In this document: piece after piece, positions 13,305-27,840 of the stretch
Position numbering within the stretch: position 1 is the first letter of the stretch
How the letters are laid out: every line of letters begins with the position of its first letter
Source: Callorhinchus milii
Taxonomy: Eukaryota
Length of the DNA: 64,000 bases
Direction of reading: 5' to 3'
Assembly: GCF_018977255.1 (NCBI RefSeq)
Contig: NW_024704743.1
Coordinates: forward strand, 81,904,001-81,968,000
Program-made: the position numbers and the translations under genes
Notes under the pieces: generated by a model
Database searches by the model: none
The model's input: only the letters and a program-made list of their open reading frames with translations
What the model was told of the DNA's origin: nothing

Positions 13305-13929
13305 TAAACTGAGCCCTATTTTCTTGTTTATGTGACCGTTAAAGATCCCATGGCAGTATTCAAAAAAATACTGGAGTTTCTCCCGGTGTCCTGGCCAAAA
13401 ATCCCCTAAATGAAGGTGGTCATTTACTTCATGGCTGTTTGCAGGCATTGCAGTGTGCAATTTAGCTGCTGAGCTCCCTACTAAACACACAGTACCTGCA
13501 CTTTATAGAATATCCTGTGAAGCGCTTTGGGATGTCCTCCTGATGTTATACCAAATGTAAGAATTATTATTAAAAAGCAGGATGGTATTGTACCATGTCA
13601 TTCACAGGATGGCATCACTGACATTGCAGCACTCCCTCAGTACTGGCATATCAACCCAGTCAGCTCACGCTTCAACACATAATAATAATCCTTGCATTTG
13701 ATATAGGGCCCTATCGGACCCCAATTAGTTGAAACACTGCAAAGTGCTTCACAGAATACACTGTAAAGTGAATTGACTGTATATTTTGTGGGCAAAATGT
13801 GGCAGCCAATTGTGCACAGCAGTGTCCCCCCAAATAATCGTGGATTGAATGACCAAATTATTATTTTTTTAACATTTTTTTAAGGGATTATTATCCCCAG
13901 AAAAGCAATTTGCCAATCAACTAATAACC

Positions 13930-15600
13930 AGGTGGGGTGGGAGGAGGAGATGGAGAGAGCATAGTAGACGGAAGGGCAGAGGCAGCTGAGCAGATACCCT
14001 CAACTTTGGATTTGAGGAAGTTCAGCATTGCCTTGCAGTTGGCATTGGAGGTGAGGATGGGCGAGGCATGAGAGGGTGGTCGGAGGAGCCAGTTGGTGAT
14101 GGAAAAGAGGAGCCTGGGGTTGTCCTTGGCCTCCAAGATTGTCTTGGAGTAGAACGACAATTTAGCGGGGGCGAGGGTGGAGCGGTAGGATTTGATGAGG
14201 TCCAGCCAGATCTGCTGATGGACCATTAAGTTCGATTTAAGCCAGGTGCATTCAGTCGCACACATCTGTGCTTTAAGGGAGTGGAGGTGGCTGGTGTACC
14301 ACGGTGACTTACACGACTAGGAGATGTTTCGGGAAGTGAGGGGAGGAAGGGAATTGAGAGTGGAGGAGATGGAGCTGTGGAGAAGAGTGACCGAGGAGGA
14401 TAGGTCATTGCGGGAGGAAGCCCAGAGGGGAAGGACTTCAGATGACTCCAAGGCAGCCGAGAGGGAGGGGCGGGACATTTTTTTCCAGGGGCAGTAGGAG
14501 ATGGAGGTGGGCTGGGTGGGGTGGTGAGGGGGATTGAGGTGTTGAGGAAAATGAAGCGATTGTCCAAGATAGCTTTGTTGATGATGGTGAGGTCCGAGAC
14601 GGTGAGACCCCAAGTGATCACCAGATAAAGGGGGTGACCACGGACATGGGTGGCAGAGTGGACATGGAGGCAGAGGTTGAGTGAGGAGATAAGGAGAAGT
14701 CAGTGGAGGTAGAGCAGGAGGGGGTGAAGTGAAGGTTGAAGTCGCCTAGGATGAGGAGGCGTTCGGAGCAAAAGGAGAGGGAAGATAGGAGGGTGGCAAT
14801 GTCAGGGATGAAAGTGTGGGAGGGCTTAGGGAGGTGATAGATAAGGAGAATTTTGAGGGAATATTTGGAGGTTGGGATATCCTCCTGATGTGAAAAGCGC
14901 TATACAAATATAATCTTGTTGCTGTTGTCGAGTAAGGGGATAGGCCCAGCGGGGATCAGGAGATGAGAGTATCCCGCCACCACAGCAGTTAGGTTGAGGG
15001 GTATGAAGGAAGGTGTAGCTGGGTGGTGTGACCTCTGTCAGGGGGAAGGTGTCACCTGGAGTTTCAGTGAGGGTGAGAATGTCAATGTTTTCATCGACAA
15101 TGAGGTCTTGGATGGTGAATGTTTTGTTGGAGAGGGAACAGACATTTTGTAGGCCGATGCGGAGGGGACAGTTGAGGGTGGAATGTGGGGGGTGAGATGG
15201 GGAGGGGGAGGACTGACGGGGTGTGGATGAGGGTGGAGAGGTTGGCCCCCATGGTCAGGGACTGATGGTGTATAGGGCAGTTAGAGTGGCTGCTGTTGGA
15301 CAGCCAGTGGTATCTGTCACAATGGGCCCAACAGAGGAATCGCAGGCTAGAACAGAGGGAAGCTGTGGGCCGGTCGAGCAGGGATAGGAGTCAGGGAGGG
15401 TGGTGGGAGAGGAGGACAGAGCGGAAGTAATGGAGGGTAGAGTACAGGGGTGGGAGCATTTTATTTGGGGGAAGCAGCTCGGGTCTGTGGTGGCAGCCAA
15501 AATGTGCACGCAGAGACTAAGAGCGAACGGAGGGAGGGGGTCAGCGAGACTGGCGTGGATCATCATGGGGAGAGGCAATACTCTTACAGTCCCAGTGAGT
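13930..15600 (-). mobile_element. L2 LINE 5' part of ORF2 (APE endonuclease + linker), degenerate
   Basis: Minus strand RIGLQNVCSLSNK...DILTLTET (~15160-15060), LGDFNLH (~14740), PTHVRGHPL, then YRSTLAPAKLSFYS...NPRLLFS. Confidence 0.85.
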
Positions 15601-16984
15601 CCAGCATGCATGTCCTCTCCGCATCGTATCCCTATATAGAAAAAACATGTTCTTGGTGTATTAAGTGGATTAAAGCACGTAACACTCAGGTGATCACGTA
15701 ACATTTCTAATGACCGAACAGATCTGTGAGGTTTTGATTGAATTTTCCAATTCAGTAAAGATTAGTACAACAAAAGTATTGCAGGGAACAGTGAGGCTGC
15801 TAGAGCTGTGGATTCTGACCTGTTTACATTGCAGGGCAGAATCCAAAACACAGTAACATAAGTTCCTCATAGCTTTCAAAGCCACAACTGTGCGTGTCTG
15901 TGCCCTGTCGTGTTGTGAGTGTGGGGAAGGGAGAATGCATATAGAACAACAATGCAAAAAGCATATTGCTGGCCGATAGGGGTGGAGCCCTGAGATTCCA
16001 GCAGATAATAGAGGCCGCTGTCACCATTGGAGGCAACAGCATCGATAAGCATTTATCTTGTTGCTGCCAGGATTTAACCCATTTCTGAACTCAGGAGCTA
16101 GTATGAGGCTACTGAGTATTGTAGCAGTGCAAGAGAATAATGTATATAATATATAATAATCTTCTACTTGATATAGCACCCTATCAAGTTGTTGAAACAT
16201 TTCAAAGCATCTTACAATATATAATGTAAAGCAGTGTGGTGTATTCTGTGGGCAAATGCAGCAGCCAATGTGTGCACAGCAATGTACCACAAATAGCCAT
16301 AAAGTGAGTAAACAATTTTATTTGGGAGATTGTTGGGCAGGACACTGGGGAGAAACTAGGGTAAGCTATAGAGAACTAAAAAACAACCAGAACAATATTT
16401 CTGAACCTCAACGAAAAAGGGTTTGTGACACAGTCACCCAAAACTATATAAAAACTGGTTCATTAAATAACGTAATGACCTGACTTTAGTCTTTATGGAG
16501 AGACATCAAAGAATTGTTTTTAGTGATGGACACTGGTGTTCCACAGAGAGGAGGCAATGGGGGCCCTGGGCAATGCCGTCTACTACTCCTTTGTTAAATT
16601 AATGACCTGCCAAAACCTCTATTTGCTCCAAAGCCTATTTTTATGCAGAAAACAGCAATCTGCATTAGCTGTTCAAAGGATCTGCAATGTGGTATGGCTA
16701 AAGTTTCGAGAGTGATACCATCTGACAGATATTTTTCAAGCCAGTACTGACCTGATTCAATCAGTCCCGTGCCAGGTCTGAGACATTCAATGATCATTTG
16801 CATTTGTTGTGAATCTTTAACACAATCACCACAACTGGGCCATGCAAGCAACACAGGGTCATTGACTCTGATTGGAGTAATGCTGCAGGTATTTTACGGA
16901 TTACTTGAGAAACAGTTCAAAGTGATCGTGTTCTCAAATAGCCTCAGGCTGGTGAGTTTAGACCTTCCCTTCCATCCCTCTTTT

Positions 16985-17312
16985 GCAGGTAGTTGGCACC
17001 CTATTGCCTCTGAGTTGGAAGGTTATGTATTCAAGCTCCATGTTGGCACTTGAGTTCGTAGACTAGACCGATACTGACTAGTGCAAATCTGCATTGTAAA
17101 GCAGTTGTGCTCTTTCGGTGAAACATTAAACAGAGGTCTTGTCTGTCTGCCTGTCCAGGTAAACTTTAAAGATTCCATGGCACTATTTGAAAACAGCAGG
17201 GAGTTTATCCCAATCAATAGCTCTCCAGATAAATTGATCATTCACTTCATGGCTGTTTATGTTTTTAGATGTGTGAAGGGTGCTATATAAGAGCAAGATG
17301 TTGTTGTTGTTG
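16985..17312 (+). mobile_element. Deu-domain SINE relic
   Basis: Head + gtctgcctgtccaggt..aaagattccatggcactatttgaa core + (GTT)n tail. Confidence 0.7.
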
Positions 17313-19433
17313 TGAGATAATGATGTGTGCCCAAAACAAGCCCTGTTTACGAAAAAAATCAGTCACTATACTTGACAAATAAATACTGCAAAGTGCATTC
17401 GACATGAGATGATGCAATAAAAATTGCAATTTTTTTTCTTTCTTCACTGGTCTTCCCTGACCTCTGGGGAAAGTTCAGATAGGTCAATTTACTTAAAAAA
17501 GAACAGATTTTCTCCTAGTTTCCTGACCAACAATCCACCAGATAAACATTGGTCACTCACTTCATGGCTGTTTGTGGGAAGTTGATTTGCACAAAAGTGG
17601 CTGTTGAGATCCCCTAGAAAATACAATGACAACACTTTACAGTAAATCCAGCGAAGTGCTTTGAGATATTCTCCTGATATAAAAGGCACTATGCCAAATG
17701 GAAGGACTATTATTATAAAGCACTGAGACCATGAAGCTCCAGCAACCATTTTGTTACCTGCGACGGTTGTTGTTGCTTTGGAGGTAGGAAGAAGATTTAC
17801 TTTGGGAGGTAATAGCAACCACCCCTAAAGGCAACAGCATCAACAAAAACAACAATTTGCATTTAAAATAGTGCCTGTCATATAGGATGAACTTCTCAAA
17901 GCACAACCAACTCAGTAAATATACAACACTATCTCAGCTGTTGGGATTGCCATGCTTCAGGCTAAGCTCCATTCCACACAGGGTGCTGCCTTTACAAATT
18001 GAATCATTGTAGCAGCTCAAATCTATTTTCTGATTATGTCAGATAGACCCAACATCAGCAGACACTAAAGACTCTAAAAGAAAATAAAGTCAAGCAAGTC
18101 ACTATTAAACTAAAACAAGCAGCTGTTGGGTCTTTATTTTTCAATATTTCACCTCCTAATTTTGGTGAAAAATTAAGTGCTGGCTTCATCTTACCAAACA
18201 AACGTATCTGCCAACCACCCTGTATGCATGTGTACGTAACTCATCCCATTCACAACTTGACCCACAGAACACTTATGAGGAGTGCGAGCACTGGAAAGAG
18301 ATAATGAGAAACAAAGATATAAGAAGAGAATAGGTTGTCAAATTGTAACTGTGGAATTCCAATATTGTTTAATGGCAAACAGAAACAGGAGACAAAAGGA
18401 AAGTGAGACATCAGAGTAAAAAACTATCTAAAATACTCTTAATCTTCACTTTGATTTCATTGGAGATGGTGGGGTGATGGAGTGAGGCTTGACAGCTGAT
18501 AGCTGTTCTCTGTCATATTGGGAGTTCTCATTCTTGGGTTCATTCTGCATCTGGTTCTTGGCTAAAAAACAGTTTTTCTTGGGTGGTTTAGCTCTGACAG
18601 CTTTGTTGCATCATCCTATGGTGACATTTACTGTTGACATTAACCATCTCTGTCTACTTTTTTTCCTCAAGTACATGTCCTGCATTTCCGGTTCTCCTCT
18701 GGTGCAAGCAGAGAGAAAGAAATTAAACTAAACATTAATAACTGAACTTAATCTCACTTGTGGCAGATGGTCTAGGAAAGTGTTATTTTAGTCTTGTTCT
18801 CAATGAATAGATTCTAGTGTACAGTGTCTCAATGACACAACATTTTCCATAAGATGGGAGGGGAAATCCTGGGTCTATCTATGACTCATGCGATAACTTA
18901 ATGAACACTCTGTGACACTGAGAGAACAAATCAATAAATCACGTCATGGAGCATAAGGCCAAAAGACAGAACGTTTCTAAGGAGAGGTTACATTTTCCTG
19001 ACTTATGAAAAGAGGCAACTGCACGATGGGGAGGATCTGCCGAGAGCCTGGCATTCTGCGGGCCTTTCTGTTCACAAACGGAGGGTTTGGACAAACCTAT
19101 TTGTTATCTTTAGGCAGAATAGTTCACTTTAGACACAAAAGAGCTGCTCTTTTGAGGTCGTCTTTGTTGTGTTTATAATAATTGATCTTTGCATTTGATA
19201 CAGGGCTTTATAATCTTGCATGATAAGTTATTCTTTGACGTGCATCTATTGACTTGTATGTAGGCAAATGTGCTAATATGCAGCAGCAATGTTGCAGAAA
19301 CAGCACTGAAATGAATGACCAATTAATCTGTTGTTGTGGTGACTTTAGATAAGAAAGGAATTCAGCCAGGATACTAGAACTTCAAAATATTGTTCCGGAA
19401 TCTTTAAAAGCCACCAATAGAGTAGGTGAACAG

Positions 19434-19533
19434 TTTGATCAGTAGAGCAAGCAAATGATTTAACTAGTAGAGCAGATGAATACTTTAACTAGTGGAGCAG
19501 ACAGATGTTTTAACTAGTGGAGCATACGCATGT
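19434..19533. repeat. 25-bp minisatellite, ~4 units
   Basis: Units tttaactagtRgagcag... Confidence 0.8.
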
Positions 19534-19564
19534 AATAGAACAGGCTGCACCAAAACAAGTATAG

Positions 19565-19910
19565 TAATAATAATCCTTATATTTGATATAACACCTTATC
19601 ATGTCATTGAGATGTCTCAAAGCACTTCAAAGAATATATTGTAACATGAATTGACTGTATATTTTGTGGGCAAAACACGCAGCCAATTGCACTCAGCAGT
19701 CTCCCACAAACAGTCGTGGATTGAATGACCAAATTATAATTTTTTTTAAAATGCATTATTACTCTTGGAAAGTGACCCACCAATCAACTAACAACCGGAT
19801 TCCTACTTACTGCTAAGTAAACAGAGGCGTGTGGAGTAAGGAAACTTGCCTAAGATTTTGCCGTGTCCTGAATCGAACCCGGGTCACCTTGTGAGGAGCC
19901 CACTCTTACC
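19565..19910 (-). mobile_element. tRNA-derived SINE, long (older) variant
   Basis: Family match plus extra internal segment ctaacaaccggattcctacttactgct. Confidence 0.85.
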
Positions 19911-19911
19911 A

Positions 19912-20200
19912 ATATGATACAGTGCACTGCAGTGTGATACAATGAGGTACAGTGAGTGTGGTAACAGTGTGATGCAAGATAGTTCAGTACAACAGAGTTC
20001 AGTACATTTTGGGGGGTCAGCTGGGTGTCTGATGCTGTGCATTACAATAAAATGACATATGGCTCAGCACAGCAACATACAGTTCAGTGTGGTTCAGTAT
20101 AAACCAATTCAGTACAGTACAGTAAGGTTCAATACAGTGTGGTACAATAAGATGAGGAGAAGTCCAGTGCAGCACAATGTGATTCAGTGGACAAGGCAGT
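19912..20200. repeat. Degenerate (CAGTA/CAGTG)n simple repeat
   Basis: cagtacagtacagta-type periodicity. Confidence 0.65.
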
Positions 20201-20551
20201 ACTGCTGCTTTCGGAAGCCCCAAGACGCAATTAAAGAAGTGGATTTCAGAGGCAGCACTTCCCTTAGAGATAACCCTGGATAAGTTTTGCCAGAGAAGAC
20301 AGGGAGTCTCCTTGCCTTGCCACTGGAGGGTCTGTGTACCTGTACAGTTTAGTGAAGCATATGCTTGCTGCTGCAGAAAGGCCCAGAGACTAGAAAGAAA
20401 GCCAGCCACTGTAGTTTTGAAGCACTTGCAATTGTGGAAGCTAAATGTTTTCTGTTGCTTCAATTTTATCCCTTTGTTTTGCATTTTCTCATCCTCCACC
20501 TCCATCTTTTCCACCCACACTCTAAATTGTGACTCATGCTGGAGAACAATT

Positions 20552-22360
20552 GAAACCAGCAAAATAAAACTAAAAAACTCATTAAGAGCGAGAAAAAGGA
20601 GTATGAGGGTAAGCTAGTAGGAACATTAAGTCTGATTGTAAAAGTTTTTACAAATATATTAAGAGGAATAGGCTAGTGAGGGTAAATGTAGCTCCACTTC
20701 AGTCAGAGACGGGAGAAGTTGTAATGGGGGATAAGGATATGGCAGAGTCCCTAAGTGGGTTCTTTGCATCTGTCTTCACCCTAGAAGAAACAAAAAGTCT
20801 GCTAACAATAGAGATGCACCAAAGGGATAAGGACAGGGAGCAACTTAGGGAAATTTTCATTAGTAGAGAATTGGTGCTAGGGAAACTGTTAGCACTAAAA
20901 AGTGACAAATCCCCTGGTCTGGATGGGTTGTATCCCAGGGTTTTAAAAGAGGTAGCTTATGAGATAATGGAGGCCTTGTGTCTGATCTTCCAAAATTCCT
21001 TGGATTCTGGAACAGTACCCATGGATTGGAAGATCGCAAATGTCACACCACTATTTAAAAAAGGTGGAAAGGAAAAGATGGGGAACTACAGGCCAGTTAG
21101 TCTCACATCAGTGATAGGAAAAATTTTAGAATCATGGATTAAGGATGTGGTAGTGCGGTATTTAGGGGAGCACAATATAATTAGGCCAAGTCAACATGGC
21201 TTTACAAAAGGGAAGTCATGTTTGACAAATCTCATAGCGTTTTTTGAGGATATTTCCAGTAAACTGGATAAGGGTGAATCAGTGGATGTGGTCTATTTGG
21301 ACTTCCAGAAGGCATTCGATAAGGTGCCGCATAAAAGGTTAGTCCAAAAGATAAGGACCCATGGAATTGAGGGGAGCATATTAACGTGGATTGGGGAATG
21401 GTTAACGGGTAGGAAACAAAGAGTAGGGAAAAACGGGTCCTTTTCAGATTGCCGGGATGTGACAAGTGGAGTGCCACAAGAATCAGTCCTTGGGCCTCAG
21501 CTATTTACCATCTACATCAACGATCCAGATGAGGACATCGAAATTAATATATTTAAATTCGCAGATGAAGCAAAACTAGGAGGAAGTGTCAACACAGAGG
21601 ACACAGAGAAGGGGAGGGATTGGAATGTGTTAGCATCCAGAGGGACTTGGGTGTCCTTGTACACCAGTCACAGAAAGTTAGTCTGCAGGTGCAGCAGCAA
21701 TTAGGAAAGCGAACGGTATGTTAGCGTTCATTATGAAAGGATTAGAGTATAAGAGTAGGGAAGTCTTGCTGCAACTGTATAGGGCCCTAGTGAGACCACA
21801 CCTGGAATACTGTGTGCAGTTTTGGTCTCCTCATTTAAGGAAGGATGTACTTGCCTTGGAGGGGGTGCAGCGTAGATTTAGTAGGTTAGTACCAGGGATG
21901 AAGGGGATTAGTTTCGAGGATAGGCTGACCAATTTAGGCCTATATTCTCTAGAATATAAAAGAATTAGAGGGGTTCTTATAGAAACCTATAAGATCATCA
22001 AAGGGCATGATAGAGTAGATAGTGGGAGATTGTTTCCCCTGGTTGGAGAAACTAAAACCAGGGGTCACAACCTTAAAATCAGAGGCCAGCTCTTTCGCAC
22101 TGAGTTGAGGAAGAACTTCTTCACTCAAAGGGTGGTGAATGTATGGAACTCACTACCCCAAAGGGCTGTTGACGCTCAGTCCTTGAACGTATTCAAGACT
22201 GAGATAGATTTCTTATTGCAAAAGGGATTAAGGGATATGGGGTTAAGGCAGGCTTAGGTTATTAGCTGGTGTTAGATTAGAAGATCAGCCATGAATCACC
22301 CAGAATGGCGGGGCCGCCTCGAAGGGCCGAATGGCCGACTCCTGCTCCTACATGTTATGT
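20552..22360 (+). mobile_element. CR1 LINE, 5'-truncated, with internal RT deletion
   Basis: ORFs 20676-21704 and 21718-22257 carry CR1 RT and LVRPHLEYCVQFWSP motifs; 3'UTR and (ATGTT) tail. Confidence 0.96.
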
Positions 22361-22662
22361 TAATTGCTCAAGCCCTCGAAACCCTTCAGAACGAAGGCAC
22401 CATTTTCAGTTTACTGTTCAGCCTCAGCCTATATCCTAGCCTTACCCAACTTTACATACATGCAAGCTCCTGTATCAGTCACTGGTTAGAGATCAAGGCC
22501 AGGAACCCTGACTAATGCTTCTTTTCATGTGCTATAGGTGCTGAGTCCATATGAATCCAACCCCCACCCCCCCACTTCTAACAACTACCCCAATTGAGAT
22601 CAGTTAACTCAGAACAAAGTTTGAACCACTGTCCAGATTTGCATTGCCAAGTTTCTTTTATG

Positions 22663-22880
22663 TCATAACAACTTAGGAATATAGGAACAAGAGTCCCTTT
22701 GAGCCTGTTCCACCATTTGGAATATGGCTGATCTGTACCTCAACTAATCCTTTCAATTCCAATTTCCGCTTTCTCCCCATATCCCTTAATACCCTGACCT
22801 ACCAAAATCTATCAACCTCACTCTTGAAGGTACAGATGGATCCAGCATCCACAGCCCTTTTATGGAGAGAATTCCAGATT
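22663..22880 (-). mobile_element. CR1 3' tail fragment
   Basis: Reverse complement of CR1 end (ggtattaagggatatgggg...cagccat...ggctcaaagg). Confidence 0.75.
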
Positions 22881-24407
22881 TTTCAAGTTGATGTTCCATA
22901 TATTGAAAGTTACTTTGACAAGAAACAAGATGTAAAGGTTGCAGGGTTTACAATTTTCAAGAATTATAAAAGCAAATTTGCATATTTATTGCATCTTGAT
23001 ACCTCAAAATGTCTCTAACACTTCACAATTAATGTCAAATATAGTGACTGTCTTTTGTAGATAGCCATTTGCACTAGTATGGTACCATAAACAGCCATGA
23101 AGCGAATTAGCTATTTATCGGGGGAACCATTGGCTGGCACATTGGAAGAAATTCACTTTTATTTTCAAACTGGGATCTGTAACATTTACCTGAACAAGCA
23201 GACAGAACCTATCTTATCATCTTATCTGTCAGGTTTGGAGCTTTCTAATAGATCCACGAGGTCAGCCTTGGGATCTGTGGAGGGAGCATTATTTGTAATT
23301 GACATCTGACCCAAAAGGCTGTAGTACAGATCTATCTGCATACAAGGTGGGAGGTTTTGAACAGATTCAAGGCCCAGTCCACTGTAAAACAGTAACCTCC
23401 ACACTGCCTCACATTGCTAATTGTAAGGCAGCAAAGGGTTAATGCTGACTTCTTAAAAGCTGTTCTAAGGGAAGGGCAGAGAATGATCTTATAGATCAAT
23501 GCCAACATCTCTCAACTGACTAGATCTCAAGGTAGTGTTTGGGCAGGTGTGGTAAGTAATATTGGCTGTGTTGTGCCCCTGTGGTTTGATCAGCAAGGAA
23601 GGGGCAGGATTTTGTTCTTTTCAGGAGTGTGTGGGGAAGGTAGGGCTTTGTATGAGATTTCAGAACATTGTAAGACTCAGAGGAAACCCACCTACATTGC
23701 ATTCATCAATTTCCAGTCTTTTCCCCTAGTGCCTCCGGAGACCTCATGAAGAAGCTATGGAAACACATGGCCAAATCCTACTCCAAGATCCATGTAAAGC
23801 TCAATGGGAGACTATCGAAAGGGATTAAGGCAAAGTTGTCCACTGTCACCCACCTTATTCACTCTATTCATAAATGACATACTTGATATATTGAACCGAT
23901 GATGAGGAAACTCTGAGATTTGGGACAACGGCTGCTGAAGAGGTGTTACCTGGTGCCCAAGTTTATGAACACATTTTATGATACGTCAGCCTGAATCATT
24001 AGTAGCACTCTCGACTCTGAATCAGCCATTACTCCTAACATAGGACCAAGCCCTAAGTTAACACTTTGAACTCAAAATCTAGGCTGCCACCATAATGCAG
24101 TGCTTGGTGAGTGCTACATTGTTAGACATGCTGTCTTTCAGATGAGAAGCTAAACCAAGGTTTGTCTGCCTGTTCACGCGGACATTAAAGATCCCCTGGC
24201 ACTGATCAAAAAGACAAAGAAATTTCTCTAGGTGTCCTGGCCAATGATCCTCCAGATAAGATTGGTCATTCACTTCATGTCTGTTTGTGGGCATTACTGT
24301 TGCAAATTGGCTGCCATGTTTTCCTACAAAGCATTTTGTCCACAAAAATACAGTCATTCACTTTACAGTATAGCCTGTGAAATGCTTTGAGACGTTTCAA
24401 CGACATG

Positions 24408-24725
24408 ATAATAATAATAATAATCCTTGCATTTGATATAGCGCTTTTCACGTCGGGAAGACGTCCCAAAGCGCTTCACAGAACACACTGTAAACTGAAT
24501 CGACTGTACATTTGTGGGCAAACATGGCAGCCAATTGCGCACAGCAATGTCCCACAAACAGTCGTAGATTGAAAATGACCAATTTATTATTGTTTTTGGT
24601 TTTGGAGGGATTATTATTAGGCGTGTGGAGTAAGGAAACTTGCCCAAGGTTTCGCCCTGCCTGGAATTGAACTCAGGTCTCTCGCTTGCAAAGCGAGTGC
24701 TCTAACCACTGAGCTACAGGACTCC
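24408..24725 (-). mobile_element. tRNA-Ala-derived SINE inserted in the tail of a Deu-SINE relic (~23990-24400, +)
   Basis: Family match; the host tail resumes at ~24728. Confidence 0.92.
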
Positions 24726-25059
24726 ACGTAAGGCACTGTATCAAATACAAGAATTGTTATTACTATTATTAATACACTAACTGGAATATGCAGAAAAACA
24801 GTGAAGGGCTTTGAGACATTTTTACGTGTTAAGGCATTATATTAAATGCAAGGAATAATATTTTATATGAACTTGGAGAGATGAAAGTTGTTCCCTGTTC
24901 CTTTCCCCACATCAACATAATTTTGTGGTCCACTGCTCCCCTGGTAAGTAACTTATGTTGGCATCAAGTTCCCCATTAACTTACTCCCCCAGAGCCCATT
25001 CAAACCTCAATCGATGGTGAGTTTTGGCAAGTGGCTTGAATGCAAGGGTCAACATTGCT

Positions 25060-25325
25060 AAGCCAAATCCTTTCCTCCCTTGATGCTCACATGCAAGCAC
25101 TTTCTAGCAGGCATTACTGGATACTGATCGAGAGCAAGAACCTCAGCCAATTTCACCCCCGACTACGCTGGGGACCCTGGGTTCAGTTGTAGCACTGCCA
25201 TTCCCCACCGCTGAGGTCAGCTAACTCAACACAGATCATGGTTTGAACCTTGAGTCATCCTGGTCTGTATGGCTCAGTGCCACAGCACATACTGTTTTTA
25301 CGCACTAGGCCATTGAGAGAGCAAT
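25060..25325 (-). mobile_element. LF-SINE-like relic
   Basis: Reverse complement of actgagccatacagaccagga..ggttcaa..tgtgttgagttagctgacctcagc..gggttc.tgctc.cgatcagtatccag. Confidence 0.7.
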
Positions 25326-27329
25326 AAAAAAAGTTTATGTTATTCAAGGAAGAAATTATCCACTTGTACTCATTTTATCCTCACCTGACATCCACATTCA
25401 CAAACATTTTCCAGGAAAGGTCACTTTGATAGCATTTGGAAGCAAGAACACTAACTAACCACATTTTCCACTTTCTAGCCTAAGGATGCTAAGGCCAATT
25501 GTTGGGACTGTAATTGAGCTTACTCAGCTCTTACCGGGAATCAAACCTACAACCATTCTGGCCTGCATGATTCTGATTGAGCTAGGCAAGAATAAAGATC
25601 AAAGAGTCTCAATCCTTCAAGGTCTAGGAGACTCGATAGTTAATTTCAACATTACATCACCTTGAATCTACAAAATGTCAATGTAGTGGAAAACATTTTG
25701 TGAACACAAATCACACTTTGTGTCTTTTTAAACAGATATGAACTGGCCTCCTCATCCCTATCTAATTATGTTGCAGGTACAACATGGCTTGGTTGTAGCT
25801 TGGGACTTTGAATTCATAGTCTATATAACTTTACAATATATATTCTGTGAAGCACTTTATGATATCTCAAAGACGTGATAAAGTGCTATATCAAATGCAA
25901 GGATTATTATTATGGTCTAGCCAGACACTCTGGTAGTATTTTGAGAATGTGATACATTGTTGGGGGAGTCGTCCTTTGGATGAGACATTAAACTGAGGTC
26001 TCATCTACCTGTTCGGATGGATACTGAAGATCCCATGGCATTATTTGAAGAGAGAAGGGAGTTTGTCCTGATGTCCTGGGCAACAATCCCCCAAATAATA
26101 TCGATCATTCACTTCATGGCTGATTGTGGGACATTGTTGTGTGCAAATATACATAGACACGGCAGTAAATCTTGCTGAGCACCATGACTATCAAATGCAA
26201 GGATTATTACTGAAGAAATACTTTTTTTATATGATTAATTGACTTTTTCCAAAAGGAAAGTTAATCTGACGAGTAGTATGATCTAAGGAAGGAACTGCAT
26301 TGAAATGTCATGTTGACATTTGGAAAAGATAATTCTGGTTTAATTTTCTCTGGTTTATGAGGAACGTTTAACTTTATCTTATGATCTCTTCATTGCCAGA
26401 GGTCACAGGAAAACCAGAAGTTAGATCACTACGAACGTTGTTCTACAATGAAAGGAGGGAAGAGGGATGTATAATTCCTCCTTGCCTTCTCATGATGTCC
26501 CTAGCTAACCTTGGATGTCCTATGTGTGGAATCAAAGTCAATATATCTCCTATTGGCGTAGGGGCACATTATCACCAACTCACTGTCCCAATCTCATCGC
26601 AGCTAATCTTAAATAAGGTCCAGTCTACTACAGAAACATGTTACCCTGCTGAGTTTTCTGCTTGGAACAACAAAGAGCTACTTACAAGTGCAGGAGTCTT
26701 GGAAAGAAGAAGCGGTTAAATTGCCTGCTGGTTGTGGGTTTATAAGAGAGGCCTATTGGTCCTTCCCTGATCAAAAGATGTTATTGGAATCTTAAGTCTT
26801 CCAGGTCACACATTAGCAAAGCAAACACCATACTGGTCAGCAGCTGGGAAGCAGAAATGTATCACAGGGGTGAAGAGAGGAGCGCTTGAAGTGGTGAGGA
26901 TTAGAGGTCCCCTGGCAAGCGAGCCACCACCAAAGGTCAACAAAGACAAAATAGGAGGAGAAAAATGTTCTTGAAATGGACTAAGAAAAAAAATTCTAAA
27001 TTCAAGTGAAAGGTCAAAGGTGATAATTAGTTGACAACATGCAAAAATATCACATGCATCCACTCCCATGTCATTCAAATGTAATACTTTCTTGAAACAA
27101 TCTAGCATGTTGCTAGAATTGCTGCCACACAGTAGTCATGTTGATAAGCAGTGGGAGTTCACTTTCAAACTATTTAAATATTCAGTGGGACTGAACATAA
27201 AATTCATACCAGCAAACATTTCTATATTTGTTTCATTCACATTTAGATCCGATAGGACTCAAACTTGATGAGGAAGGGAGGAGAGAGATTATTTTTGAAA
27301 ATAGGGTGAAAATTGTTACGTGATCAACG

Positions 27330-27840
27330 ATTATCCAGAAATCTGCAGCCCGTGTCCTCTCCCGCACCAAGCTCCGCAGCCCGATCACGCCCATCCTCAC
27401 CCGACTCCACTGGCTTCCCATCACATAAAGGATACAGTTCAAGATCCTGGTCCTCACCTTCAAAGCCCTCCATGGCCTTGCTTACCGCTACCTCTTCGAC
27501 ATTCTAACCCCTACCAACTTGCCCGCTCCCTCTGCTCAGCGGGCCCTGGCCTGCTTCACGTCCCTCACCTTGCCCGCTCCACTATTGGCCTTTTGCCACT
27601 CTGCCTCCACCCTCCAGAAATCCATCCCGTGGTGCCTTGGCCTCACCCCCTCCCTTGCTCCCTTCAACACCTGTCTCAAGACCCTCATCTTTGGCCATGC
27701 CTTCGGTTATCCTCCTTTCTCTCGCTCCTCTCCACCCTTGCCGATCCTGAACCCCAGCTCTGGTCTGAAACACCTATTGTTCAGAGCCTTGGGACATCCT
27801 CTCGACGTGAAAGTTGCTATACAAATGGAATTTTGTTGTT
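27330..27840 (+). mobile_element. L2 3' fragment, followed by Deu-SINE relic (~27850-28290)
   Basis: LHWLPIT.RIQFKILVLTFKALHG; stem-loop tail + (GTT)n. Confidence 0.88.

Noticed and set aside
19434..19533. CRISPR-like repeat array
   Set aside because: Eukaryotic context, contiguous 25-bp units without unique spacers, no cas genes
20676..22257. Active reverse transcriptase gene
   Set aside because: 5'-truncated, internal deletion and frameshift, ADD changed to ADE
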